From: Candidatus Zixiibacteriota bacterium
GTDB lineage: Bacteria > Zixibacteria > MSB-5A5 > GN15 > FEB-12
Length of the DNA: 64,000 nucleotides
Reading direction: 5' to 3'
NCBI GenBank assembly: GCA_041742355.1
Contig: JBGSIV010000157.1
Location: 1-64,000 of the forward strand
In this document: in pieces, positions 18,786 through 28,105 of the stretch
Layout: every line of letters starts with the position of its first letter
Numbering within the stretch: the stretch's first letter is position 1
Notes under the pieces: generated by a model
The model's database searches: none
The model's input: only the letters and a program-made list of their open reading frames with translations
Told to the model about the DNA's origin: nothing
Position numbers and translations under genes: made by a program

Positions 18786-19439
18786 ATGCCAAAAATAAAA
18801 GTCCTGCTGATTGAAGATAATCGACTCTTGCGCGAGGGGACGACCGCCATGCTTAACGAGCAAGAGGACATTCGGGCGGAATCGACTATCGGAAACACCT
18901 CCGCTCTCGAGAAGGCCAGAAAGCTGAAGCCGGACGTGATACTGCTCGACATGGGCATGAAGAGCCCTAGCAGCATGAAGGCGCTTGCAGCCATAAGGAA
19001 GGACCTTCCGAAAACGGAAATCATCGTCATGGACTTGATCCCGGTACATTCCGAGATGGTCGATTTCATGAAAGCGGGAGTCGCCGGTTTTGTTCGCAAA
19101 GACTCGACTCTTGACGGATTCCTGAATACCATCAGATCGGTAGTCAAGGGGGTCAAGAATATGCCCCCGACGATGGCCGGTTCGCTGTTTTCGCAGATCG
19201 TGGATCGGGCAATTCAAGAGGGGACAGTTGACAAGGTACTCCTGGCGGTGAAGCTGTCCAAGCGGGAGCAGGAAGTGGTTCAATTCCTGGCCGATGGAGT
19301 CAGCATTGCAGAGATCGCCAAGCGACTCAAAGTTGCCGTTTTCACCGTCAAGAGCTATATTCGCAGTATCATGGATAAGCTGGCGCTCCACACGCGACTG
19401 GAGCTGGCCGGCGCTGCCCGCAAAAAGGCTTCGAAGTAA
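18786..19439 (+). CDS. second NarL/FixJ family response regulator (paralog)
   Basis: Clear paralog of 17931-18620 (MPKIxVLLIEDNRLLREG, KAGVAGF, GSLFSQIV, KLALHTRLEL). Confidence 0.93.
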   Translation: MPKIKVLLIEDNRLLREGTTAMLNEQEDIRAESTIGNTSALEKARKLKPDVILLDMGMKSPSSMKALAAIRKDLPKTEIIVMDLIPVHSEMVDFMKAGVAGFVRKDSTLDGFLNTIRSVVKGVKNMPPTMAGSLFSQIVDRAIQEGTVDKVLLAVKLSKREQEVVQFLADGVSIAEIAKRLKVAVFTVKSYIRSIMDKLALHTRLELAGAARKKASK

Positions 19440-19477
19440 GAAGCCTCCGTGCGATCGTGAACGCCCCGATCGCTTCC

Positions 19478-19547
19478 TCAGTCCATTAGACTACATCTTC
19501 TTTCAATCCTTTGGCCGATTGTATCGCCGGCCAATATCGCCGTTCTT
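19478..19547 (+). promoter_or_regulatory. paired operator boxes plus promoter upstream of the ice-binding gene
   Basis: TCAGTCCATTAGACTA and TCAATCCTTTGGCCGA with 25-bp period, then TTGTAT-N16-CGTTCTT. Confidence 0.6.
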
Positions 19548-19826
19548 GTAATCACAAGTGATAAACACAGCGTTCCCATGCGGGATGCTGCGAATTGGTG
19601 TGAACGCACGAAACGGCCGGCGAGACCTGATGTCCGCAACGAGAATGGCCACCGTTGCATCCTTCGCTGCCGCATGCGAGATATCGCCGTGTGCTCACAA
19701 ACATCTGCAGTACAATCCTGAAACTCCGAGAGAGGATGTGGAGCCGGTTCATCCGTCCTGAAAAAAGGCAACTATACAACCAATAACATGAGATGCACCC
19801 ATGCATCTAAGAAACAGAGTAAGAGA

Positions 19827-20894
19827 ATGAAAGCGATCAGTCATTTTACAGGGATGTTGCGTGCGACGATGCTTCTGGCCCTTCCGTTCGCGCTGCTTGT
19901 CGCGGGATGTGGTGACGACGACAACGGTCCCACGGGCGGCACGTCCGACACCACCCCCCCGACAGTGGTGGCGACGAATCCGTTGAATGGGGCCACCGGC
20001 GTGGCCGTCATTGACGTTGTTTTCGACGAGCCGATGAACGGTTCGTCCCTCACCCCGACATCGTTTACAGTCAAGGGTCCGGGTGCAACGACTGTGACAG
20101 GGACCGTCTCCTATGATGCGAACACCCAGCGCGCATCATTTATGCCGACCAACGCCCTGGTGTCGGGAACAGCCTTCACCGCGACGATTCTTACTGTCGC
20201 CAAAGATGTCGCCGGCAATGCTCTCGCCGCCAACTACGTCTGGAATTTCTCAACCGCGGCTGCCGCGACCACGCAGCTGCCGGTAGCCCTGCTGACGTCT
20301 GACGGCTTCGCGATACTGGCCGGCGCCTCGATTACCAACACCGGGGTCACCAATATTACCGGCGATCTCGGTTTAAGCCCCGGTACCTCGGTAACCGGCT
20401 TCCCGCCTGGTATTCTCATCGGCACTCAGCAGATAGGCAACCCTTCGGCCGCTCAGTCCAAGCTCGACCTGACCACCGCTTACAACAGCGCCGCAGGGCG
20501 TTCCCTGGGCCCGATCTCCGTGGCGGGCAATATTGGTGGGATGACACTCCCCGCGGGGCTCTACAAGTCCACCTCCGGGCTGGGCATTTCGTCGGGAGAC
20601 CTTACCCTCGACGCTAAAGGCAACCCGAACGCCATCTGGATATTCCAGATCGCATCGACCCTCACTACTACCTCCGGCCGAAAAGTAATACTCACGGGCG
20701 GAGCAAAAGCCGCCAATATCTACTGGCAGGTCGGCACCTCGGCAACTTTGGGGACGTCTACCGTCTTCAAGGGGACCATCATGGCTGACCAGTCAATCAC
20801 CATGAATACTGGCGCGTCGCTCGAAGGCCGAGCCTTCGCTCGGGTCGGATCGGTTACGCTCAACGGAAATACAATCGTGAAGCCGACTCCGTAA
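19827..20894 (+). CDS. lipoprotein with Big_5 Ig-like and DUF3494 ice-binding-family domains
   Basis: Lipobox LVAGC; DTTPPTVV..P.NGATGV; FAILAG..TNTG..GDLGLSPGT, LTLDAKGNPNAIWIFQI, NIYWQVGTSATLG. Confidence 0.92.
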   Translation: MKAISHFTGMLRATMLLALPFALLVAGCGDDDNGPTGGTSDTTPPTVVATNPLNGATGVAVIDVVFDEPMNGSSLTPTSFTVKGPGATTVTGTVSYDANTQRASFMPTNALVSGTAFTATILTVAKDVAGNALAANYVWNFSTAAAATTQLPVALLTSDGFAILAGASITNTGVTNITGDLGLSPGTSVTGFPPGILIGTQQIGNPSAAQSKLDLTTAYNSAAGRSLGPISVAGNIGGMTLPAGLYKSTSGLGISSGDLTLDAKGNPNAIWIFQIASTLTTTSGRKVILTGGAKAANIYWQVGTSATLGTSTVFKGTIMADQSITMNTGASLEGRAFARVGSVTLNGNTIVKPTP

Positions 20895-21187
20895 GGAGTT
20901 GGTTGTGGCGGCTGTTCGCATGATCGGCGAACCGCAACAGGATTTTGAAGCGAGTGTACGCAGAACGCCCAGGACGTTGCCTGGGCGTTTTCCTGTAATG
21001 GGAGTTGGCCCGATATCCCAACGCGCGTTCAACATCTCCGTCGAACCGGGCCGATGCATGAAACTTGATTACTGCTTCCGGCACTGGGTCCGGCCAAAGT
21101 TCAGCCCGGTGATGTGCTCCCTGTTCGTGGGTCTCTCCCCCAAAAGGAAGCCGTTCCTAAAGGCGTGATATCGACCCAAGCAGTCCC

Positions 21188-21257
21188 CCCTCCAAAGGGA
21201 CTACGTCTTCTTTCATCCCTCTGGCCGATTGTATTGCCCAGCAATCGGATCGTTATT
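21188..21257 (+). promoter_or_regulatory. paired operator boxes plus promoter upstream of the ECF pair
   Basis: CCCTCCAAAGGGACTA and TCATCCCTCTGGCCGA with 25-bp period, then TTGTAT-N16-CGTTATT; 35/40 identity with the 19.5 kb copy. Confidence 0.6.
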
Positions 21258-21426
21258 GGTAGTGAGACCAAGAACACTTTCAGGAGATACGATGAGCTTC
21301 AGAACAGGACACCACGCAGATCGGAAATCGCAGACCCACTCCGAGTCTCAACGGCGGTTCACCGATTCTCTGAAGATCGGAGTCCATGAAAGCTTCGGAA
21401 GGAATGAAACGAAAGGACCCGAACAT

Positions 21427-22029
21427 ATGACTGACGTTACCAATCGTTCCGACTTCAAAGCCAAAGTACTGCCGAACATTGAACCGCTTCTGCAGGTCTC
21501 CCTGTGGCTGACCAGGAACGGTCTCGATGCGAGCAAGCTGATGCGTGAGGCGTTGGCCGAGGCATACCAGATGTGGAATCAGTCTGCGCCGGAGGAGAGC
21601 TGCGGTGAGTGGCTGCGAAAGATCCTGATCAGCCGGTATTCCATCGGCATTCGGCGGCATGTACGCCTGACGACTCCAGGCTCGGGCGATGACGGGCAAA
21701 TTTTCGTCGAAGTTTGTCCCAACACGATCTCCCTGACCGCAAGTGCTCAGCAACAGTCGTGGCTGGCCGGGGACTCCGATGAAGACGTCAATTACCTTCA
21801 AGCTATAGCCAGCCTTCCTGATGTGTGCCGGTCGGCAATGATCCTGTCCTATCTCGAGGGCTTCTCGAACAATGAGATTGCCGACCTGGCCGGCGTTCAG
21901 CCGAAGACAATCCAATCCGCGCTCAGTCGGGGGCGCAGCTTCATTCGCGACGAGCTCTTTGAGCATTTGATGGGCAGTGTCGGAATCGGCAGCGGCGCCG
22001 AACGAAGTGCCGCCTTCAGCAGAAACTGA
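21427..22029 (+). CDS. ECF sigma factor-like protein (divergent region 2)
   Basis: LWLTRNGLDASKLMREALAEAY, WLRKIL; region 4 LSYLEGFSNNEIADLAGV..TIQSALSRGR. Confidence 0.8.
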   Translation: MTDVTNRSDFKAKVLPNIEPLLQVSLWLTRNGLDASKLMREALAEAYQMWNQSAPEESCGEWLRKILISRYSIGIRRHVRLTTPGSGDDGQIFVEVCPNTISLTASAQQQSWLAGDSDEDVNYLQAIASLPDVCRSAMILSYLEGFSNNEIADLAGVQPKTIQSALSRGRSFIRDELFEHLMGSVGIGSGAERSAAFSRN

Positions 22030-22083
22030 TCCAGAAGTGATACGGCGATAACCGCAGAGGATATCGGAAACCGAGGTGGTTGA

Positions 22084-22686
22084 ATGAAACCGAAAACGGC
22101 GGAAAGAATGGCTTTCGACTTGCTGGCGATGCCCCAGCTGGAAAATCTCTGTCGTACGGCTCTGTGGGTTGTGGGCAGCGAGACCGAGGCTCGCGACCTG
22201 GTCCAGGAGTCGTTTGTCCAAGCGTACTATGCCTGGCTCGACGGCCGGCTGGGCAGAGACGTTCGCATCGGGCTCTTCAAGATCCTGTGCAGTGCCCTGA
22301 AGGACAGGGACCGGTCATGCTCAACCTGGACGGCCGGGGTGGATGACCGTGATGCGTTCGATCGACTGCCGGTGCACTCCGGGCCAATGAATCTCCGGCA
22401 GGTTGACGAGTCCGGAAGAAGGCCATGTCTCACGGTGTCGGGCGAAGGTCTCAGGAGCGCGATTCAGCGCGTGCCGGGTGATTCAAGGCTGACCGTCGTC
22501 CTCTCTCTGGCGGAGGGCTTCTCTTATCAGGAGATCGCTGAGATCACCGGCGTTCAGATGGAGGCTGCCAGAACCAGGCTGCATCAGGGTCGCAGGCTGC
22601 TGCAGAGAGAGCTACTGGGGTATGCCGTCTGCGAAGGCAACACCAGCATGTCCATAGGCGGAGTCAGGAGAAGTCGAATGGGATAG
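22084..22686 (+). CDS. ECF sigma factor-like protein (divergent)
   Basis: EARDLVQESFVQAY; region 4 EGFSYQEIAEITGV..RTRLHQGRRLL. Confidence 0.8.
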   Translation: MKPKTAERMAFDLLAMPQLENLCRTALWVVGSETEARDLVQESFVQAYYAWLDGRLGRDVRIGLFKILCSALKDRDRSCSTWTAGVDDRDAFDRLPVHSGPMNLRQVDESGRRPCLTVSGEGLRSAIQRVPGDSRLTVVLSLAEGFSYQEIAEITGVQMEAARTRLHQGRRLLQRELLGYAVCEGNTSMSIGGVRRSRMG

Positions 22687-22737
22687 TGGTCCTCACTCAA
22701 AACGAAAATACTGATTTTCATACGTAAAGGAGTTCAC

Positions 22738-23382
22738 ATGTTCAAGCTAATTGGCCTAACCATATCATTATCGCTCGCTCTCTTTATCGCTTCGTGCGGT
22801 ACCGGCACGACAGCCGAGCAGGAAGCCGACAAACAGTCGGCCGGTAACGATACAAAAGCCGCCTCGTACGTAACCATGCCGGCGAACACCCGGATCGCTG
22901 TCTCTCTCATCGATTCAATCGACACTGACATTCACGTCTCCGGCCACGAGTTCGCCGCCCGGCTCACCCACCCCATCGTCGTCGATGGCGAGACCATCTT
23001 TGCCGACGGCGCCGACGCCCGCGGCATCCTCAGCCGGGTCGTCGAGTCCGGCCGCCTCAAAACCCCGGCCGAAGTGGACTTCAGCCTCACGGCAATCAAA
23101 GACCCGAGTGGGCGGTGGGTCAACTTCGGTACGGGCATGATTCAGGACAAAAAGGGCTCGCACACCAATCGGGAGGTCGCCATGATTGGCGGCGGCGCTC
23201 TGGTAGGCGGCATCATCGGCAAGATCATCGACCGCAAGGGCAGCACCGAGATTGGCGCCGTGGCCGGAGCCGTCGCTGGCACGGGCCTGTCGGCCGCGAC
23301 CGGCAAGCAGGACATCTTCTACGGTCCTGGGACCGAGTTTGTGTTCTTCTCGAACCATACGATGCAAATCTCGATGCGGTAA
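22738..23382 (+). CDS. lipoprotein with beta-rich domain and glycine zipper
   Basis: Lipobox FIASC; IGGGALVGGIIG..GAVAGAVAGTG. Confidence 0.8.
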   Translation: MFKLIGLTISLSLALFIASCGTGTTAEQEADKQSAGNDTKAASYVTMPANTRIAVSLIDSIDTDIHVSGHEFAARLTHPIVVDGETIFADGADARGILSRVVESGRLKTPAEVDFSLTAIKDPSGRWVNFGTGMIQDKKGSHTNREVAMIGGGALVGGIIGKIIDRKGSTEIGAVAGAVAGTGLSAATGKQDIFYGPGTEFVFFSNHTMQISMR

Positions 23383-23450
23383 TCCGCGACTCCCAACGCC
23401 GGCCTCACGACTTCGCTGAGGTCGACTGAACTGCAAAAAAGGAGCAAACT

Positions 23451-23936
23451 TTGAAAAAGCTACTCATGATTCTCCTGGCCCTGGGCCTCGTGTTCGGCAC
23501 ATCCGCCCACGCCAACAAACGCTCGGCCGGGTTTCACGGCATCGGCCCGCGGGTCGGACTGACAATCAATCCTGACCAGGTCCATTTCGGGGGTCACATC
23601 GATTTCGGTGACCTGGCCAACAACCTGATGATGCTGCCGAATCTCGAGATCGGCATCGGAGACGACTTCACTACCGTTGCCCCCACCTTTGAACTCGATT
23701 ACCGCTTCCGCTCCGACTGGGGCGCGTGGACACCATATCTCGGTGGTGGCATCGGTCCGGTCTTCTACTCGCACGATAACGGCGGCAGCAATTCCGAACT
23801 GGCCCTCTACCTGCAGTTCGGTGTCGGAAGAGGGCGGTCCGCCAGTGAGACTGGCCACTTCTTCATAGAGGGAAAACTCGGCCTGGTCGATGCCCCGGAT
23901 TTCAAAGCCACCGTCGGCTGGACCTTCGGCAACTGA
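23451..23936 (+). CDS. small outer-membrane beta-barrel protein
   Basis: Signal peptide, PYLGGGIG strand, C-terminal VGWTF; TTG start after AGGAG. Confidence 0.8.
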   Translation: MKKLLMILLALGLVFGTSAHANKRSAGFHGIGPRVGLTINPDQVHFGGHIDFGDLANNLMMLPNLEIGIGDDFTTVAPTFELDYRFRSDWGAWTPYLGGGIGPVFYSHDNGGSNSELALYLQFGVGRGRSASETGHFFIEGKLGLVDAPDFKATVGWTFGN

Positions 23937-23990
23937 GCGGAGTGAATTGCTTCACAGAACCAAAACAGAAAACCTTTAGGAGTACGCAAG

Positions 23991-24779
23991 ATGAGAAAAC
24001 GCACAGTGTTCATTTCAGCAGCAGCCGTAATGTTGATCGCGGTCGTGCTGGCGACCGGCCTGCCCGTGCAGGCAGGGGAAACTGACGGCCGCATCAAATC
24101 GTCGGCCAAGAAGTCATACGTATTCAAGACGTATCTCAAGCACGACCATATTAAGATCCAATCCCAGAATGGCGTCGTCATCCTGACCGGTACGGTTGCC
24201 GACGAGTCCCACAGATCGATGGCTGAGGAGACCATGAGGAGCCTCCCCGGCGTCCAGAGCGTCAACAACCAGCTGACCATCAAAGGGGAGCCCACCAGCC
24301 CGCACTCCGATGCGTGGCTCAACGAGCGGGTTCGAGGGACCCTTCTGGTACACCGGAGTGTGAGTCTGGCCAACACCAACGTTGCGGTCAACGACGGCAA
24401 GGTGACGTTGCGCGGCGAAGCCTCCAGCGATGCCCAGAAGCAGCTCGCGACTGAGTACGCCGGTGATGTGGCCGGAGTAAAGAGCGTCGACAACCAGATG
24501 ACTGTGACCACTCGACCGCCGAAACCTTACCGGTCGGATGACGAAAAGATCGACGACGCATCGATCACAACTCAAGTCATGATGTCTCTCCGATATCACC
24601 ACGGAATGGATGCCTTCGACACCAAGGTCTCGACTGAAAAGGGTGTCGTCACGTTGGGCGGTACCGCCAGGAACCAGGCGGAGATCGACCTTGCTACCAA
24701 ACGCGTCAGCGACATCCATGGCGTGAGAAGCGTCAAGAACAACATGACCATTGATGCAACGCAGTCCTCGACCAATTAA
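23991..24779 (+). CDS. OsmY-like protein with three BON domains
   Basis: Three repeats of D..I..V..G.V.L.G......A....GV.SV.N. Confidence 0.92.
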   Translation: MRKRTVFISAAAVMLIAVVLATGLPVQAGETDGRIKSSAKKSYVFKTYLKHDHIKIQSQNGVVILTGTVADESHRSMAEETMRSLPGVQSVNNQLTIKGEPTSPHSDAWLNERVRGTLLVHRSVSLANTNVAVNDGKVTLRGEASSDAQKQLATEYAGDVAGVKSVDNQMTVTTRPPKPYRSDDEKIDDASITTQVMMSLRYHHGMDAFDTKVSTEKGVVTLGGTARNQAEIDLATKRVSDIHGVRSVKNNMTIDATQSSTN

Positions 24780-24857
24780 ACTAGCCGGAACGCGGTCGGC
24801 CGATGCAGGGACGCACCGGTCGGCTGTGCTTCCGAGCCGAACGGATCGGAGTACTAT

Positions 24858-25007
24858 ATGCTGTGGACCTTGGCTCTCATACTGCTGGTCCTGTGGGCGC
24901 TCGGTCTCGTGAGCGGCTTCACCATGGGCGGCTTCGTTCACGCTCTGATAGTCATCGCCATTGTGGTGGTGCTGATAAAACTCATTACCGGCCGTCGAGT
25001 CATATGA
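24858..25007 (+). CDS. lmo0937 family (DUF5670) small membrane protein, 49 aa, absent from the ORF track
   Basis: MLWTLALILLVLWALGLVSGFTMGGFVHALIVIAIVVVLIKLITGRRVI; GGAG RBS. Confidence 0.9.
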   Translation: MLWTLALILLVLWALGLVSGFTMGGFVHALIVIAIVVVLIKLITGRRVI

Positions 25008-25035
25008 CGCCGCGGGCGTCAACTAAGGAGCTTTC

Positions 25036-25275
25036 ATGAATGCAATCACCATTATCGGCATCATACTAATTGCCATCGGTGCGGTCGGGTTGATCTACGG
25101 AGGCATTACCTACACCTCCGGAAGGGATGTCGTCGACATGGGGCCGATGCACCTCGAGGTCGATCAGGAGCAGCACATCCCATTCTCGCCGATCGCCGGT
25201 GGCGTGGCCATGGCGGCCGGCCTGATCCTGGTCATCGTAGGCAAAAGCAAACCCGTCGGAGCCAGACTGCGATAG
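25036..25275 (+). CDS. small membrane protein (DUF3185-like)
   Basis: Two TM helices flanking GGITYT..VVDMGP; AAGGAG RBS. Confidence 0.8.
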   Translation: MNAITIIGIILIAIGAVGLIYGGITYTSGRDVVDMGPMHLEVDQEQHIPFSPIAGGVAMAAGLILVIVGKSKPVGARLR

Positions 25276-25366
25276 GTCCAGCGGCCAACTTATGCTGCTG
25301 ACGAACGTGTAGACTGTCACGTAACACCGAACGCATCAACTAACGCCAAATAGCCAGGAGGCTACT

Positions 25367-25738
25367 GTGGAAATCACCGACATTCAAGTACGCTTGCGGG
25401 ACGAAGACAAGTTGAAGGGTTTTGTCAACTTAACCTTTGACAACTGTTTTGTCGTTCGTGGCTGCAAGATCATTCAGGGCAGCAGTGGCTACTTCGTATC
25501 CATGCCGTCCCAGAAGCAGGAAGACGGCTCGTATCGGGACATCGCGCACCCGATCAATTCCGAGATGCGCCAGATTATCGAGAATCAGATTCTGAAGGCC
25601 TATGTTTCGGAACTCCGCACTCGGACTGCGATCCAATCTTCACCGCCGACTGAGTTATCGCGGCATCCGCATCAGGCGCCCGAGAGACAGGAGCCAATGC
25701 CAGTGAACCGAGTCCGCCCGTTCGGAGATAACCGTTAA
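25367..25738 (+). CDS. spoVG: SpoVG family nucleic-acid-binding protein
   Basis: MEITDI..KLKG....FDNCFVV..KII..G.FVSMPS....G.YRDIAHPIN. Confidence 0.92.
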   Translation: MEITDIQVRLRDEDKLKGFVNLTFDNCFVVRGCKIIQGSSGYFVSMPSQKQEDGSYRDIAHPINSEMRQIIENQILKAYVSELRTRTAIQSSPPTELSRHPHQAPERQEPMPVNRVRPFGDNR

Positions 25739-25757
25739 CAGCATCGATCGACAGGAA

Positions 25758-26129
25758 GTGAATACTACGATGAAGCCAAATAAACTGGTGCCCTGCGGGC
25801 CGACATCGCCGGCGAGCCAGTATGGGGCCGACATGCTCTACGATCTCCCGACACAGATGCTTCCTTCGACACGCGAGAACATCGTAGTCAGGCGTATCAC
25901 GGTCTTGGAGCCAGCTCCGGACTATTTGCGCGTGCGTCGAGACGGCCTTTGGCGGAGTCCTCCCCGCGATTACAGGGAGGCACTGGTCGGTTCCGAGGGA
26001 AGGCTTCCTGAACGCGGACGGTTGACTATCGACCCTTCCGGCATCACGGTGGTTCCGATGAATCACTCTCCCGGTACGATTATGATGGCGCGAGAGGTCT
26101 TTCGGCGACAGTCCGAATCTCTATCTTAA
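25758..26129 (+). CDS. hypothetical protein
   Basis: ORF fills the co-oriented gap; no recognised motif. Confidence 0.45.
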   Translation: MNTTMKPNKLVPCGPTSPASQYGADMLYDLPTQMLPSTRENIVVRRITVLEPAPDYLRVRRDGLWRSPPRDYREALVGSEGRLPERGRLTIDPSGITVVPMNHSPGTIMMAREVFRRQSESLS

Positions 26130-26195
26130 CGCAGCTTCGCCGGCACGAGAGAACATTACTGACCCGTTTCCATTGAGTAAGAAAGGACAACTAAC

Positions 26196-26993
26196 ATGAC
26201 TGTCAGAACCCGATTCAGAGCGACCATCCCGCTGCTTTGCCTGACCCTGATTGTGGGATGCTCCGACTCATCGACCTCGTCATCAGGAGAGGGGCAAATC
26301 AGGCTTACATTGGTTGACGCCCCTGCTGCTTTCGACGAAGTGAATATTGTCGTGACCAAGGTGGAGGTTCATGCGGCCGGTACCGCCGCTGAGTCCGGTT
26401 GGATCACGTTGAGCGACACAACTGCCACGTATGACCTCCTGGAGCTGACCAACGGCGCTAATTCCGTCATCGGCGACCACATGCTGCCCGTTGGAAAATA
26501 CACGCAGATCAGGTTGGGTATCGGAACCGGCAGCAACGTTATCGTCGACGGGGTCAGTTTCCCCCTCAATGTGGCCAGTGCCAGCGGCCTAAAGCTGAAC
26601 CACAACTTCGATATAGCCGAAGACAAACTGTACTTGCTGACGCTCGATTTCGATGCAGCCAAATCAGTCCGGCTGACCAACGATAACCAGTACCGATTGC
26701 AGCCCGTGATCAGGCTTATCGCCACCGAAGTCTCCGGCACCATATACGGAACGATCGTCCCGAACGGAGTTTCCTCCACCGTATTTGCCGGGGTAGGGAA
26801 CGGAGATACCGTCACGACCGTGAGCAATCCGATCAATGGTTCGTTCATGCTGGTGGCAGTCCCGGAAGGGACCTTTGACGTGGTCATCGTGCCCAACATT
26901 GGCGGCTATCTCGACACAACCATCACTGATGTTCTGGTTGAGGCGCAGCAGGACCGGAATATCGGAACCGTCATACTGACCACTACTCCGTAG
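26196..26993 (+). CDS. DUF4382 lipoprotein with C-terminal carboxypeptidase-regulatory-like domain
   Basis: Lipobox IVGC; LVDAP, DLLELTNG, GKYTQIRL, SGLKL, LDFDAAKS, LQPVIR. Confidence 0.9.
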   Translation: MTVRTRFRATIPLLCLTLIVGCSDSSTSSSGEGQIRLTLVDAPAAFDEVNIVVTKVEVHAAGTAAESGWITLSDTTATYDLLELTNGANSVIGDHMLPVGKYTQIRLGIGTGSNVIVDGVSFPLNVASASGLKLNHNFDIAEDKLYLLTLDFDAAKSVRLTNDNQYRLQPVIRLIATEVSGTIYGTIVPNGVSSTVFAGVGNGDTVTTVSNPINGSFMLVAVPEGTFDVVIVPNIGGYLDTTITDVLVEAQQDRNIGTVILTTTP

Positions 26994-27201
26994 GGCACTT
27001 CTACATCCGAAACCAAACACAGAGGCTAGACTGAAGTGAGGTGTGGCGGTTGGCCGCTAAGTCAGATAAGAAGATACGGTATCGCAGCCAAATGAGACTC
27101 GAGCAACCCCAATCGGGTGAGTTCCAATATCATGGGCTGCAGGTGATTCACGAACAAACAAAACCAGTAACTGCTGTCAATTGACAGTGGAGGCAACCGA
27201 G

Positions 27202-27513
27202 ATGGACCGATTTGAAGACAAACGAATTAACGAAGCGCTGGAGTTGTTGAACGCCGTGGCCCGCGACAACAAGGTGGAGCTGCAGAATGTGATGGAGACC
27301 AAGTACACCGATCTCTCGTCTTTAGTGGGTGCGTTCACCAACAAGGTGAAGGATCGGGCAACCGAGTCGTACGAGGCCGGAAAACAGAAAGTGGTTGATG
27401 TCGCGACCGGTCTCGACACCAACGTTCACAAGAATCCGTGGGTGTACATCGGTGGCGCCACTGCTGTCGCGCTGGTGTCCGGCTTCCTGCTCGGCAGATC
27501 GCGCAGGCAGTAA
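27202..27513 (+). CDS. DUF883 (ElaB/YqjD-like) tail-anchored protein
   Basis: C-terminal VHKNPW..IGG...GFLLGRSRR; GGAGG RBS. Confidence 0.85.
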   Translation: MDRFEDKRINEALELLNAVARDNKVELQNVMETKYTDLSSLVGAFTNKVKDRATESYEAGKQKVVDVATGLDTNVHKNPWVYIGGATAVALVSGFLLGRSRRQ

Positions 27514-27516
27514 GAC

Positions 27517-27885
27517 GTGGTCACCACACTTCTTCAAGTAGTATTTGGGTGGCTCAGATCGACTTACCTCGAGCCGTCGCTCAGGAGGCTCAAACTCCGC
27601 GCGGCGATCTACTATCTCGAAGGAGTCAGGGGCGCGCACCGCATCCTTCTTTTGGCCTGCCTGCTGGTGTTCGCGATTACCATGATTGGTGCGGGTCTGG
27701 TGCTGATGCCGTTGGCGCTGCTTGTAAGTATGCCCTGGGAGCCTGCTACCAAGGCAGTGGTCGGGCTCGCCGTCGGCGCCGTCTATCTGGTCGTGCCTGC
27801 CATCGCTCTGATCTCGCTGCTCTCGGAGAAGCGATGGATGCGAATCACCGGTGCGGCGGGTGTACTTCGAAAGCTCGTGGACTAG
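27517..27885 (+). CDS. YqjE/holin-like two-TM membrane protein
   Basis: Two TM segments, directly after DUF883 as in yqjD-yqjE. Confidence 0.6.
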   Translation: MVTTLLQVVFGWLRSTYLEPSLRRLKLRAAIYYLEGVRGAHRILLLACLLVFAITMIGAGLVLMPLALLVSMPWEPATKAVVGLAVGAVYLVVPAIALISLLSEKRWMRITGAAGVLRKLVD

Positions 27886-28105
27886 ATTCTGCAACCCGAT
27901 ACACAGAAGCCGGCCATCGGGCCGGTCTTCCTGTGTCCATAACCGAAACCAGGTGCGCATTTGTATCATGTATACCATCCTGCTTCGCGCCACCAAATGA
28001 GTCGTCCCCTTCCGGATAGGGGGCACGACGAATCACAAACCAGGCATGGCATTGCAGGTCAAAGCCTGCAATACCGCGCTGTAACGATTAGAGGATAAAT
28101 TCACT

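Noticed and set aside
19548..19826. Riboswitch in the long leader of the ice-binding gene
   Set aside because: No match by eye to c-di-GMP or other common aptamer consensus; an Rfam scan would be needed.
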